DNA of 35,143 nt from Octopus bimaculoides (lineage: Eukaryota). Made by a program: the position numbers and the translations under genes. Within the stretch, counting starts at the first letter, position 1. The number at the start of each line of letters is the position of its first letter. Shown in pieces: positions 12,121 through 23,217 of the stretch. The notes beneath the pieces are model-generated. The model saw nothing but the letters and a program-made list of their open reading frames with translations, was not told the DNA's origin and did no database searches. The stretch spans positions 12,430,331-12,465,473 of the forward strand of contig NC_068993.1 of NCBI RefSeq assembly GCF_001194135.2, given 5' to 3'.

Positions 12121-12921
12121 AGAAGAAGAAGAAGAAGTAGGAGGAGAAGAAGAAGAAGAAGAAGAAGTAGGAGAAGAAGAAGAAGAAGAAGAAGAAGAAG
12201 AAGAAGAAGAAGGAGAAGAATAAGAATAAGAAGAAGAAGAAGAAGAAGAAGGAAGAGGAGGAGGAGGAGGAGGAGGAGGAAGGATATGGATGAGGATAAG
12301 GGTGGTTAGGAGGAGGCGATGGAAGAGAGGAAGACGAGGATGAATAAATTGGAAGTTGTGCTGTTACCAGTTGTAGCAGTAGTAGTGATATTGTTGTTGG
12401 CGGTAGTGGTGATGGTGGTGGTGGAGGTGGTGTGTTGGTGATGGTGGTGGTGAGGTGTTGGTGGTGGGAAAGTTGTTGGCAAGAGATATCATTGTCACCA
12501 TCACCGTTATCAGAATCTTCTTCCTCCCCCTCTGAAACTCCTCCTCCTCCTCCTCCTCCTCACCATCATCATCAGTGTCATCATAGCCTCACCAGTATCC
12601 TCATGTTGATTCTTATGACTTTGCTGATGTAAATAATATTGTTTTGTGATATTGTTAATGACGATGATGATGGTGATGATGTTTTTTTAAGATGATGTAG
12701 ATCGTGGTGATGCTGATGATACCAGAGATCACAATGGTGGTGGTGATACTATTGCTGCTGAAGATAAGGATCATGTTGATAATGATGATGACGATGATGA
12801 TGACGATGATGATGAGGAGGAGGAGGGGGAGGAGGAGAATGACAATGACGACAACGACGACGGTGATGATAACGTTGTAGACTTTGACGATGACAACGAC
12901 CGTGGTAATGATGACGATGAC

Positions 12922-12965
<44 letters not shown>

Positions 12966-13030
12966 CGCCGACTGCAGTGATGATGACCATCATGATCATA
13001 ATAATGATGATGAAGTTGAAGATGATGATG

Positions 13031-13095
<65 letters not shown>

Positions 13096-13270
13096 CATGA
13101 TGTTATCGATAGTTCTGGAGGTGGTGATGAAGTTGATGGTGACTGTATTAGCAGTGATGATGATGATGACTACGACGACGACGACGACGATGATGATGAT
13201 GATGACTACAACGAAGATGATGATGGTGCTGGTGCTGGAAATGGTTAATATGGTGATAATGATGACGAAA
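12121..13270. repeat. Trinucleotide mosaic: (GAA/GAG)n, (GGT)n, an opposite-strand (CAT/CCT) block at about 12490-12625, then (GAT/GAC)n
   Basis: Direct reading; explains the poly-E/R/K, poly-M and poly-I ORFs. Confidence 0.9.
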
Positions 13271-13563
13271 TCAGTAGAGGTGCGTGTAGTACTGTAAATA
13301 TCGGTTCCAACTCGAAGCCTTATTGGTGCGATTTTCAATTTCAGGAATACATAGAAATAATGGTATTCTGAGGAAATGGAATAGTGGTAACAATTGATTC
13401 CTGATAGAGTCATATTATCCATTTAGAAAGACACAACACTGTTATATTTAGTTTTGCTTTTGTAAAAGTATATAACCTATTACATACACACAAGCATACA
13501 CACACACACATATACATACACATATGTATACATGCATACATACTTACATATATATGTATATAT

Positions 13564-13628
<65 letters not shown>

Positions 13629-14444
13629 TACATATGTATCTGTATATATACACACACAGACGTACATAACTATGCGTGTATTTATCTACATGTCTATGTA
13701 TGTATATATATGTATCTTTAAGTTAGCACATAAGTAGATAGATACGCATACAACATACAACTCCCAATTTATTTACACACATACAAACACACACATACAC
13801 ACATATCAGTAGAATAATTGATATGAAGTATCGTCAAATAGACGTAACAGTGCTTTGGAATGCCTCTACACTGAAATTAGAAAGAAACGTGAAAACAATC
13901 GAAACAAAAGGAATGATTTATATATTTATTTTTTTCAATTTATCTTGGGTTATTTTGTACTTATCATGAGAAGATCTTTACCGACTTCAGCTTCATTTGC
14001 AAACTTGCGTAGAGCTTTTGGTGCAAGAGTTTGTATCAGTTTTGAAATAAGCAAATCTTGCGAGACGATGGAAAATAGTTTATCGTTTAGAAATAAAACT
14101 AAATTTTACTCTTCAAATTTTTGTCAGCCGCTCCCACGCTTTCTTGGTGAGCGTGATTTTCGTATTACGACTTACGGTTTGACGTTTTTCTAACAGTAGG
14201 TAGAAATCGCAGCTGAGGAGCGATTGGAAGTTTTGAAGTATGTTAGTCTTGTCTGTTGTTGATGGTAGTATTTCACTATTTTTTTATGTCTATGTACTGA
14301 ATTTACCGCTCCCTAGATTACACAGTGAGATTGATGTTTCTAGTATGTCATCAGGTCTGACGTTTCTAGAACGTGATGCATATACCAGTACAGTGTTATA
14401 TATTAGATTGACGCTCAGTGACAGTTTTAGATGGAAAATAGGAA

Positions 14445-14550
14445 TGACGTTTCGAGCATGGCTCTTCATCGTAAAGGGGAAAAAGTCAAGCCAAGAGAAG
14501 AAGAAGTAAGGAACAGATAGTTCGAGAAAAGCACGTGTGTTGTAACATGG
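14445..14550 (-). mobile_element. Decayed copy of the repeat carrying the hammerhead-like motif at 19203 (Penelope-like terminal region suspected)
   Basis: GACGTTTCGAGCATGGCTCTTCATC versus GACGTTTCGAGCATAGCTCTTCGTC at 19211-19235; both are followed by GAGAAG and CACGTGT..TG.T.ACATG motifs. Confidence 0.55.
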
Positions 14551-14626
14551 TCGGAATACTGAAATAGGAATATATATACACACATACATACAAATACACA
14601 CACACATACATATATATGTTAATATA

Positions 14627-14863
14627 TAGGGAATGGCCAAAAGTCACCTGACACTAAATTAAAGCCATTTAATTCCAGGATTAAAACAAAAAAAAATTAT
14701 ATGACACTTCGCAATTAAATAGACAAATGTTGAAAACAAAAATGGTGATTTTAACTTAAAGCATTCAATTATTAAACATTCATAATTGGAATGAATAAAT
14801 AAAATTGAATATCAAGTATTTATAGAATTTAATTTACAGTCGGGTGACCCTTGGTCAACCCTG
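14627..14863. mobile_element. Tc1/mariner-type MITE, degenerate
   Basis: Left TAGGGAATGGCCAAAAGTCACCTGAC versus reverse complement of the right end CAGGGTTGACCAAGGGTCACCCGAC; AT-rich non-coding interior; TA at the left flank. Confidence 0.6.
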
Positions 14864-16340
14864 TTTGTGTGTGTGTGCGTGTATATCTTGCGCAATACAT
14901 GAAATATATATTTATTTATAAAGGGATCATATAAGGGATCTTAAAGGTAAGTCCATATAGTTGATGGAACAAATGGTGACTATACATATGATATACGTGT
15001 ACTGTGAGGTATTTTCTCGAAAACAATGCAGATTGTGACATTGGTATATTGAGAGCCATGCTTTTGCATCATTAGCGAATTTTAGCAGTGATTCTGTTGT
15101 TAACATGCGACAGATTTATCAAACTATCAACACGACTATTTTTTAATGTACATTACAAAGACCGTGCATGTTAACAAATGACCGGTTTTTTATCTTCTCT
15201 AAACTGCTACATTCAATCGTTTGATTATACTAAATATTTATTACATGTGTACGTGGATTTAGCACTAATTAGGAGCACTGATCAATTGCACAGAAACAGA
15301 GTCTTACAAAGCTCTTTGCTATCGGAGCTGGTATCACCGAATTCATTCCCAAATGTTCGTCGGTAAATGTATTTCAGAAATCTGTCTTCACTAGGTATTA
15401 TGGAAAAATCATCATCAATAGCCGAATAGCTTTTATACATCTGTCTTCGGATTTTGTTTTTCTGTAAATTTCAACTACACACACACACATACACACACAC
15501 ATACACACACACACACATACACACACACATAGTTGAAATTGTCTGTATGCCTATGAATATATATGCATGAGTGCATATATATGCTGTAATGTATATTATA
15601 TTCATGCACATACAAACAGATATATATGTATATGTATATATGTATAAACGTACATATACATTCATACGTACATATATATTATATATTTTGTATATTATAT
15701 ATTATAAATATAATGTTATATATTATATTTATATATAAGGACATTGTTATATAGCTATGCAGATCCTCAAGCGTGCTGAACCAGTGTCGTTAGGCTAAGC
15801 TTAACGCTTTAAAATTTGCAAAGCTTCAACAAAGTGATATATTGGAGTTGAAAGGGAATTTAAATCACAGTGAGGAGATATGTAAATAAACTAACGTGTT
15901 GATGTGCTATGCTAAAAAGAACTCTCTTGGCTTGTAGTCAGTTATAAATTATTCTTAAGGGAGATAACCACTGCACATGATTTTCGTTTTGAAAGTTGTC
16001 CTTTCATAAAAATATAGGTAAATATTAACTACCAAAGAAAGAACCTCAAGGGGAAAAAAAAAAAAAATCATGAAACACATAAAATTCTGCGTGAAAACAA
16101 TCAGCTTACACCTGCTTGAATAAAATGTTTTCTTCGGGGTGGTTGTACCTACTTACATTATGTAAACTTATCGATCAGTGTACGTTTATCGATCACCGCC
16201 GACTTGGCATTTATATGGCATTTATAATTTCTGTGGTGCCAGAGTGGTTTTCAGAATCAGAGCAAATAGTTTTACTATACAGAATTAAAGCTTTTACAAA
16301 GAAACTCTGCTTTCAATAATTCGTAGCTCTTCATTATAAT

Positions 16341-16349
<9 letters not shown>

Positions 16350-16431
<82 letters not shown>
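16350..16431. repeat. Perfect 82-bp palindrome of (TCTA)n joined to (GATA)n
   Basis: Centre TCT|AGA at 16390/16391; 41-bp arms; no spacer. Confidence 0.95.
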
Positions 16432-16532
16432 TGCATTATTATAAAATATTAAATACCCACTGAAGTTTTTTTGCAACTAATCATAATTCAATAGCTATAA
16501 ACTTAAGTCAATACTGGAGATATTCATTTATG

Positions 16533-16569
<37 letters not shown>

Positions 16570-16765
16570 ATATGATATATCCTACTAGTTCCTAATTTTG
16601 AATAGACTCGATGCTTTATTGATTCAACAAGTAGACTAAAACTATACACATTTCCGTTTTTACATATATACATATATACGTATTCATATAGAGAGACGCT
16701 CACACACATGTAAAATGTATGACATGATATATACACATATGTTTTTATATTGATATATATATAGA

Positions 16766-16802
<37 letters not shown>

Positions 16803-18779
16803 GCATGTATGTATAGGGAGAGAGAGAAAGTGAGACAGAAGGAAAAAGAGAGAGTATAAAGTCTGGTACAAAAGAACGAAATAGAGTTGCACAAGGAACG
16901 GGGGAAACACACAAAACTTCTGGACGTAAACAGGTTCAAACTATTGAGCTGATGTTCGACTGGGTATCATAACAATTTCGACACCTTCTGGCTAAATCTT
17001 TTAATCCAGCAACGTAAACAACATAGAGATGTTATGCAATAGACAGGTAGGTACAGAAATTAAACGAAGTTCCAGAAATATTAGAGTGTTGAGTATTGAG
17101 AAAAGTATATACAAAATATATACTGAAAACAAGTAGAAAGTAAATTTAGTAGATGCACGCACACACATACACACATACACTCACACACATACTCGCACAC
17201 GCACTCACACGTTTATACACACATGAACATATGTATGTATAAGTAACATATTTGTAAAACTGTTGGGTTTTGTATTTTCTCGACTCTGGAGTTATCAGTA
17301 AAGGAAATGCTAGTTAGTATAGAACACAGTTTCATGAATTGATAAATGTGTTCGTATATAACAACGTTGTTATTATAGTGTAAAATGAACAGCTCTATCT
17401 CCACAGTTATTCTGTGATATTAATTCAAGACTAAAAGAGATAGGTCTCGGCGTCCTAGCATGATGTAGCTCAATGTAGTAGCAATATAACTGAAAGTTAT
17501 GTGTAAATTAAACGTTCAGATCTTTATGCCTCGCATCAGGCCTAGTTTTATGTGAAAAAGCAAATATGTACCAATAATATTTGTATCTTGATTAATAAAA
17601 CCCTTAATGATGAGGTTTGTCACGGACGAAGTACTATCTGTACACACCCCAAAATACAGTCGTCGTAAATACACTCTTTTACAAAACTGCTACGAAGGAA
17701 TCAAACACAACTCACGTGTTCGGAAAGTTCTGTGGACTATAACAATTGTCATTTCATTTAATGAAATGAATAAATGCTAGCAGTTGAACTTTGCAGCTAA
17801 TATCGTTTGACTTGGCGACTTGTAAAGCAAAATTCAATTTCTTTACTTCAATCGAAGCATGCTCTTCTGTGTTATAAGATGTGTCACTTAATCTGCTTCT
17901 TCCAAATGTATTATTGGATTATAGAGGAATTTTGGCATTTCTTTGTTCAGCTTCATTACCGAACATTGTTCTAACAGTGAAGCTGTAGTGGAGCAAAATA
18001 AGTGACTCACTAATAATATGCACTATCACTTTGCTTTGAGATTTCATCATAGTGGATTCATTAAAATATAAGTACTAAGCAGGCTTCTACTGGAGCAATA
18101 TTCTGAACTAGACGAACGAATATTGAAAGCTCTAACTAAAATTGTTTCTTTCCAGAAGAACATCAATCGAATGCTCGATTTCAAATTGTTATTGTAAGAT
18201 CGTCAACAATGTTAATACGGATATCATTATAATTCCTGTTTGTTATATTCCATCCGGCTCTTTACGTTCAGAGATCAGACCTAACACTGCACTTTGGCTT
18301 TTCCTTTTTTTTTTTAGTCAAATAACGAAACAGTCAAGAACTGAAGTTGATGTTATGAACGACTCCTCATCCTCAAATTTCTATTCAGGTGTGTCTATTA
18401 GAAATTTCATACAACATTTGATAAGTTGGTTCTTACAGTTCTTAATGTTCTCAGTTCTAATACTTCGAAGATGAATTTGCATTTCAATATTCTAGGGCCT
18501 ATAAAATAAAGTAACAGTCAGAATTTTATAATAGCAGTTTGCACACCTCAAAGCCTAATATAGATATGATATTCCGAACAAAAGTATAAAATAAAAGCAT
18601 GAAATATACCATAATTTAACCGTTAAATATTTTTTCTTTTATATCGTTGATGATTTTAATAGTTATAATGTCACATGTTTCTTTGCAACCTTCTGCAAAA
18701 TGCTCAGTTATCATGTCCTCCTAAAGGAAGATATGCTATATTTTTGTCATTTTTATTTCATTTGAATTTATCTCATTCG

Positions 18780-18925
18780 ACTGGACTGCATCAAATTACG
18801 TGCATGACACGGGTCTGCCAGCTCAGACTATATGGCCATGTTGCTCGATTTTCGAGTTAGATGCTGCTTGCCTTCTTCGCATCATTGAGTATCCGGCTTG
18901 TGTAGGTCGACCACATCTGCGGATG
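18780..18925 (+). mobile_element. RTE-clade LINE, C-terminal ORF fragment, frameshifted
   Basis: TGLHQITCMTRVCQLRLYGHVARF, then in a shifted frame ELDAACLLRIIEYPACVGRPH; resembles the RTE C-terminal signature RQLR(W/L)xGHVxR...RGRP. Confidence 0.7.
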
Positions 18926-18970
18926 CTATGAATTTACTTAGGAGAAGGGAAAGATCACTGGATCACTTCC

Positions 18971-19083
<113 letters not shown>

Positions 19084-19202
19084 TATTTGTGTATGTATAG
19101 TGAATTCGAATGATTGAAAATTAAAATAACAATAACAAAACAAGGGTTCATGCACATGAATGTACTGGTTTAACGTTCGGCAAGAGTGTAAAAAAGACAG
19201 GG

Positions 19203-19243
19203 TTTCTGACGACGTTTCGAGCATAGCTCTTCGTCAGAAAGAA
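19203..19243 (-). ncRNA. Putative minimal type I hammerhead ribozyme motif
   Basis: Minus strand: UUCUUU CUGACGA A GAGC-UAU-GCUC GAAAC GUC GUC AGAAA. Contains the CUGANGA and GAAA cores, a 4-bp helix II, a 2-bp helix III and a GUC triplet; helix I is weak. Confidence 0.55.
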
Positions 19244-19839
19244 GAACACACAATGGCCTGAGAAGGAAAAACATATCATCAACACCACGTGTTTGGTCAC
19301 ATGTGGCCAAGGCTGAACTGAGCGGAACTTGAAACAGATGGAGAATGTTGTTTCTTTTTTTTTTAGCCAGGAGAGTGAAGAGGGCTAGTGTGTGTGTGTG
19401 TGTGTGCGTGAGGGGCTTCCATGCCGTTTGCATGCATCAATTTCATTTACAAATCGCTGATTCGATTAGGCCTACTGTAGAAGATACATACCAAGTTGTC
19501 GTGCTGTGTAACTGGACTCGAAACCGCATGGTTGCAAAGCAAGATTCTTAACTATGCAAGTCATAACACACTAAATTAAATCACTGTTTCAATACATTTA
19601 TTCTACTTAAATACTTCTCTATAGCATTTATTTCTCCTTCATTCTGGCTCTCCTCCCCACTTCTACTCTCACTCTCCCTCACGCACACACTCACACACGC
19701 ACGCACACAATCTTCACCTTCCTTCTGAACATCTGACGTGTTTACCGAACAATATTTCATGTTTAAATAAACAACTTGAACTTTTTTTTTTCAACGTCTC
19801 CGATATTTAAAACCTGGAGAAGCTCCATATATTTAACGA

Positions 19840-20061
19840 TACTTTCTTCATTATTATCATCATAATAATCATCATCATCAGCAGCAGCAGTGGCATTATC
19901 ATCATTAGCATCAACATCAGTATTATCATCATCAACAACCTTCTACTCGTCGTCAGCCTTGTCGACGTCATCATCATGACCGTCGTCGTCGTCGTCGACA
20001 TGAGCACTATCGTTATTATGGATCTCTTCAGGAGAAATTGCCAAGGTTTTCATCACCACCA
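19840..20061 (-). repeat. Cryptic (GAT/GAC)n mosaic on the minus strand, cut by a gap
   Basis: The plus strand is a CAT/CGT/CAG triplet mosaic. Confidence 0.85.
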
Positions 20062-20915
20062 NNNNNNNNNNNNNNNNNNNNNNNNNNNNNNNNNNNNNNN
20101 NNNNNNNNNNNNNNNNNNNNNNNNNNNNNNNNNNNNNNNNNNNNNNNNNNNNNNNNNNNNNNNNNNNNNNNNNNNNNNNNNNNNNNNNNNNNNNNNNNNN
20201 NNNNNNNNNNNNNNNNNNNNNNNNNNNNNNNNNNNNNNNNNNNNNNNNNNNNNNNNNNNNNNNNNNNNNNNNNNNNNNNNNNNNNNNNNNNNNNNNNNNN
20301 NNNNNNNNNNNNNNNNNNNNNNNNNNNNNNNNNNNNNNNNNNNNNNNNNNNNNNNNNNNNNNNNNNNNNNNNNNNNNNNNNNNNNNNNNNNNNNNNNNNN
20401 NNNNNNNNNNNNNNNNNNNNNNNNNNNNNNNNNNNNNNNNNNNNNNNNNNNNNNNNNNNNNNNNNNNNNNNNNNNNNNNNNNNNNNNNNNNNNNNNNNNN
20501 NNNNNNNNNNNNNNNNNNNNNNNNNNNNNNNNNNNNNNNNNNNNNNNNNNNNNNNNNNNNNNNNNNNNNNNNNNNNNNNNNNNNNNNNNNNNNNNNNNNN
20601 NNNNNNNNNNNNNNNNNNNNNNNNNNNNNNNNNNNNNNNNNNNNNNNNNNNNNNNNNNNNNNNNNNNNNNNNNNNNNNNNNNNNNNNNNNNNNNNNNNNN
20701 NNNNNNNNNNNNNNNNNNNNNNNNNNNNNNNNNNNNNNNNNNNNNNNNNNNNNNNNNNNNNNNNNNNNNNNNNNNNNNNNNNNNNNNNNNNNNNNNNNNN
20801 NNNNNNNNNNNNNNNNNNNNNNNNNNNNNNNNNNNNNNNNNNNNNNNNNNNNNNNNNNNNNNNNNNNNNNNNNNNNNNNNNNNNNTATATATGTATGTAT
20901 GTATATATATATATG

Positions 20916-20952
<37 letters not shown>

Positions 20953-21149
20953 AAAAGCAACGCAATAACACAGAGAGAATATATATAGAACTCAGAACAA
21001 TACTAACAAAAACGGGATATAGGCTTACAAAAGGGATTCAGTGTGACTGCTGGGAGACCTTCTAGAAATAGCAACCAAAGAACAATTGACGAAATGGAGC
21101 AGAAGAAAAACAGATAATCTAGGATAGAAACAGATCAAATAGTGTGTGT

Positions 21150-21175
21150 CAGTGGTTCTCAACCGGAGTCCATAT
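21150..21175 (+). mobile_element. Solo hAT (Charlie-like) MITE left terminus
   Basis: CAGTGGTTCTCAACC followed by GGAGTCCATAT; no convincing partner TIR or 8-bp TSD found. Confidence 0.4.
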
Positions 21176-21490
21176 ACGTCAGTTTATGATCGATTCTGAA
21201 AAAGGTTACTTCTTGAAACTTTGTAATGCATTGAGACGTGCTCCTATTCGCCCCCACCTTCAGATTCTGCAAAAAGTGAGACAGGCTGGGTTACAAATCA
21301 GAATTTTAGTAGAAGACATGTTAAATGCGATGGAGTTGTTATGCTTTCGTGCAGCCTGTTGTTAGTGACGAACAACCATCTTCCTAAAATCACGTCTCAC
21401 CGTCTTCTAAAAACAGGTTGATGGCATCTGTATTCCTAATAGAGGGTGAGTGCCACCGAGATGACCAAGATCAACAAAATATTTCATTGA

Positions 21491-22057
21491 TTACTCTTTA
21501 CACTTTTACTGTTTTAGTTGTTTCAGTCATTTGACTGTGGCCATGCTGGAGCACCGCCTTTAGTCGAGCAAATCGACCGGAAGGACTTATTCTTTGTAAG
21601 CTTAGTACTTATTCTATCGGTCACTTTTGCTGAACCGCTAAGTTACGGGGTCGTGAACACACCAGCATCGGTTGTCAAGCGATGCTGGGGAGACAAACAC
21701 AGACATACAAGTGCACACACACACACACACACACACATACAAGTGTACACACACACACACACACANNNNNNNNNNNNNNNNNNNNNNNNNNNNNNNNNNN
21801 NNNNNNNNNNNNNNNNNNNNNNNNNNNNNNNNNNNNNNNNNNNNNNNNNNNNNNNNNNNNNNNNNNNNNNNNNNTATATATATACATATATACGACAAGC
21901 TTCTTTCAGTTTCCGTCTACCAAATCCACTCGCAAGGCTTTGGTCGGCCCGAGGCTATAGTAGAAGACACTTGCCCAAGGTGCCACGCAGTGGGACTGAG
22001 CCCGGAACCATGTGGTTGGTAAGCAATCTACTTACTACACAGCCACTCCTGCGCCTA
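21491..22057 (-). mobile_element. tRNA-derived SINE family B, full length, with internal (TG)/(TA) microsatellite and gap
   Basis: Reverse complement: TAGGCGCAGGAGTGGCTGTGTAGT (A box), GGTTCCGGGCTCAGTCCC (B-box-like), CACCTTGGGCAAGTG (MIR/CORE-SINE-like motif), microsatellite, then ...GGTGCTCCAGCATGGCCACAGTCAAATGACTGAAAC and a short simple-repeat tail. Confidence 0.9.
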
Positions 22058-22243
22058 TTGTTGCAAACATATTTCATTCTATACCGGACAGGCACCGATC
22101 GTCTAATATTGACACGGACGGAAGAAAGACTGGTAAAGAGAAAAAGGAAAGCATTCATGTTCTCCAAAATACAGATATGCACTGGTTAAGGCATATCAAT
22201 TAATTATAGAAAGTGACGGTGTAGCAGGCTGAGTACCATTCTA

Positions 22244-22540
22244 CAGGGTGTCCACAAAGTCTGGGTACGTAGAGTAAATAACATCATAACATAATTAATT
22301 AAATATAACAAATAATAATTCCTTAAAGTATGTTTTAATCTCCATGAGGGTACATGGAGTAAAGAAAATCATAACATAAACAATTAAATATAAGAAATAA
22401 CAATTTCTTAAGGTATGTGTTAATCTCCATGTGGGTACATGGAGTAAATAAAATCATAGCATAAACAATTAAATATAAGAAATAATGCTTTCTTAAAGTA
22501 TGTGTTAATCCCCATTTTCCCAGACTTTATGGACACCCTG
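22244..22540. mobile_element. Tc1/mariner MITE with TA TSD and three internal 85-bp tandem units
   Basis: TA-CAGGGTGTCCACAAAGTCTGGG ... CCCAGACTTTATGGACACCCTG-TA (22-bp TIR, 1 mismatch); GGGTAC unit starts at 22263, 22348 and 22433. Confidence 0.92.
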
Positions 22541-22950
22541 TAGATTTAATTGTTACAATATTATATCTGTCCTGGTATTATGAAAAATTCGGGTGCATGA
22601 CGAGCGGCATTTGAACCTAGAACATAAAACAATATTATGAAATAGAGCGATGGCGATTTGTACCACCACACAGTCCTTTAATGAGTAAATATTGGAAATA
22701 TTCTTACAGGGCTGCTTTAGTTCATATTGTATTAATTTATGTTCGATGTGTTTATTTGGGCTGAGCATTTGTTTTGGCATTAACAAGACGCGTACAGTTA
22801 CATAACTGTGTTACAATAACCGCCTTTACACTATAGCTACGACCACATGAAAAACAATAACAATAACATTAAACATCAATAATAGTAACAATGGGAAAAA
22901 AACAATGGGAGAGAAAGAGAGAAAAACGAAGATTGACAGAAGAAGAGAGA

Positions 22951-22995
<45 letters not shown>

Positions 22996-23182
22996 TATCT
23001 AAGTAGACACATATACAGTAATATGTTTGTATATATGTATATATATAAACATATATACGTATATATATACATACATATATATGTGCCTATATATACATAC
23101 ATATCAATATATTTGCGTGTGTATGTATATGTTTATATAGTATTTATGTACATATGTATGTGGGTATATACATACATACATA

Positions 23183-23217
<35 letters not shown>

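Noticed and set aside
13960-14110. Minus-strand frame LFLNDKLFSIVSQDLLISKLIQTLAPKALRKFANEAEVG, faintly like RT motif KAFDxVxHxxLxxKL
   Set aside because: The catalytic-region residues do not match and the flanks show no further RT motifs.
17714-18120. Possible mariner TIR (GTGTTCGGAAAGTTC) and SFDLATC resembling YSPDLAPxD
   Set aside because: No matching second TIR and no continuous transposase similarity.
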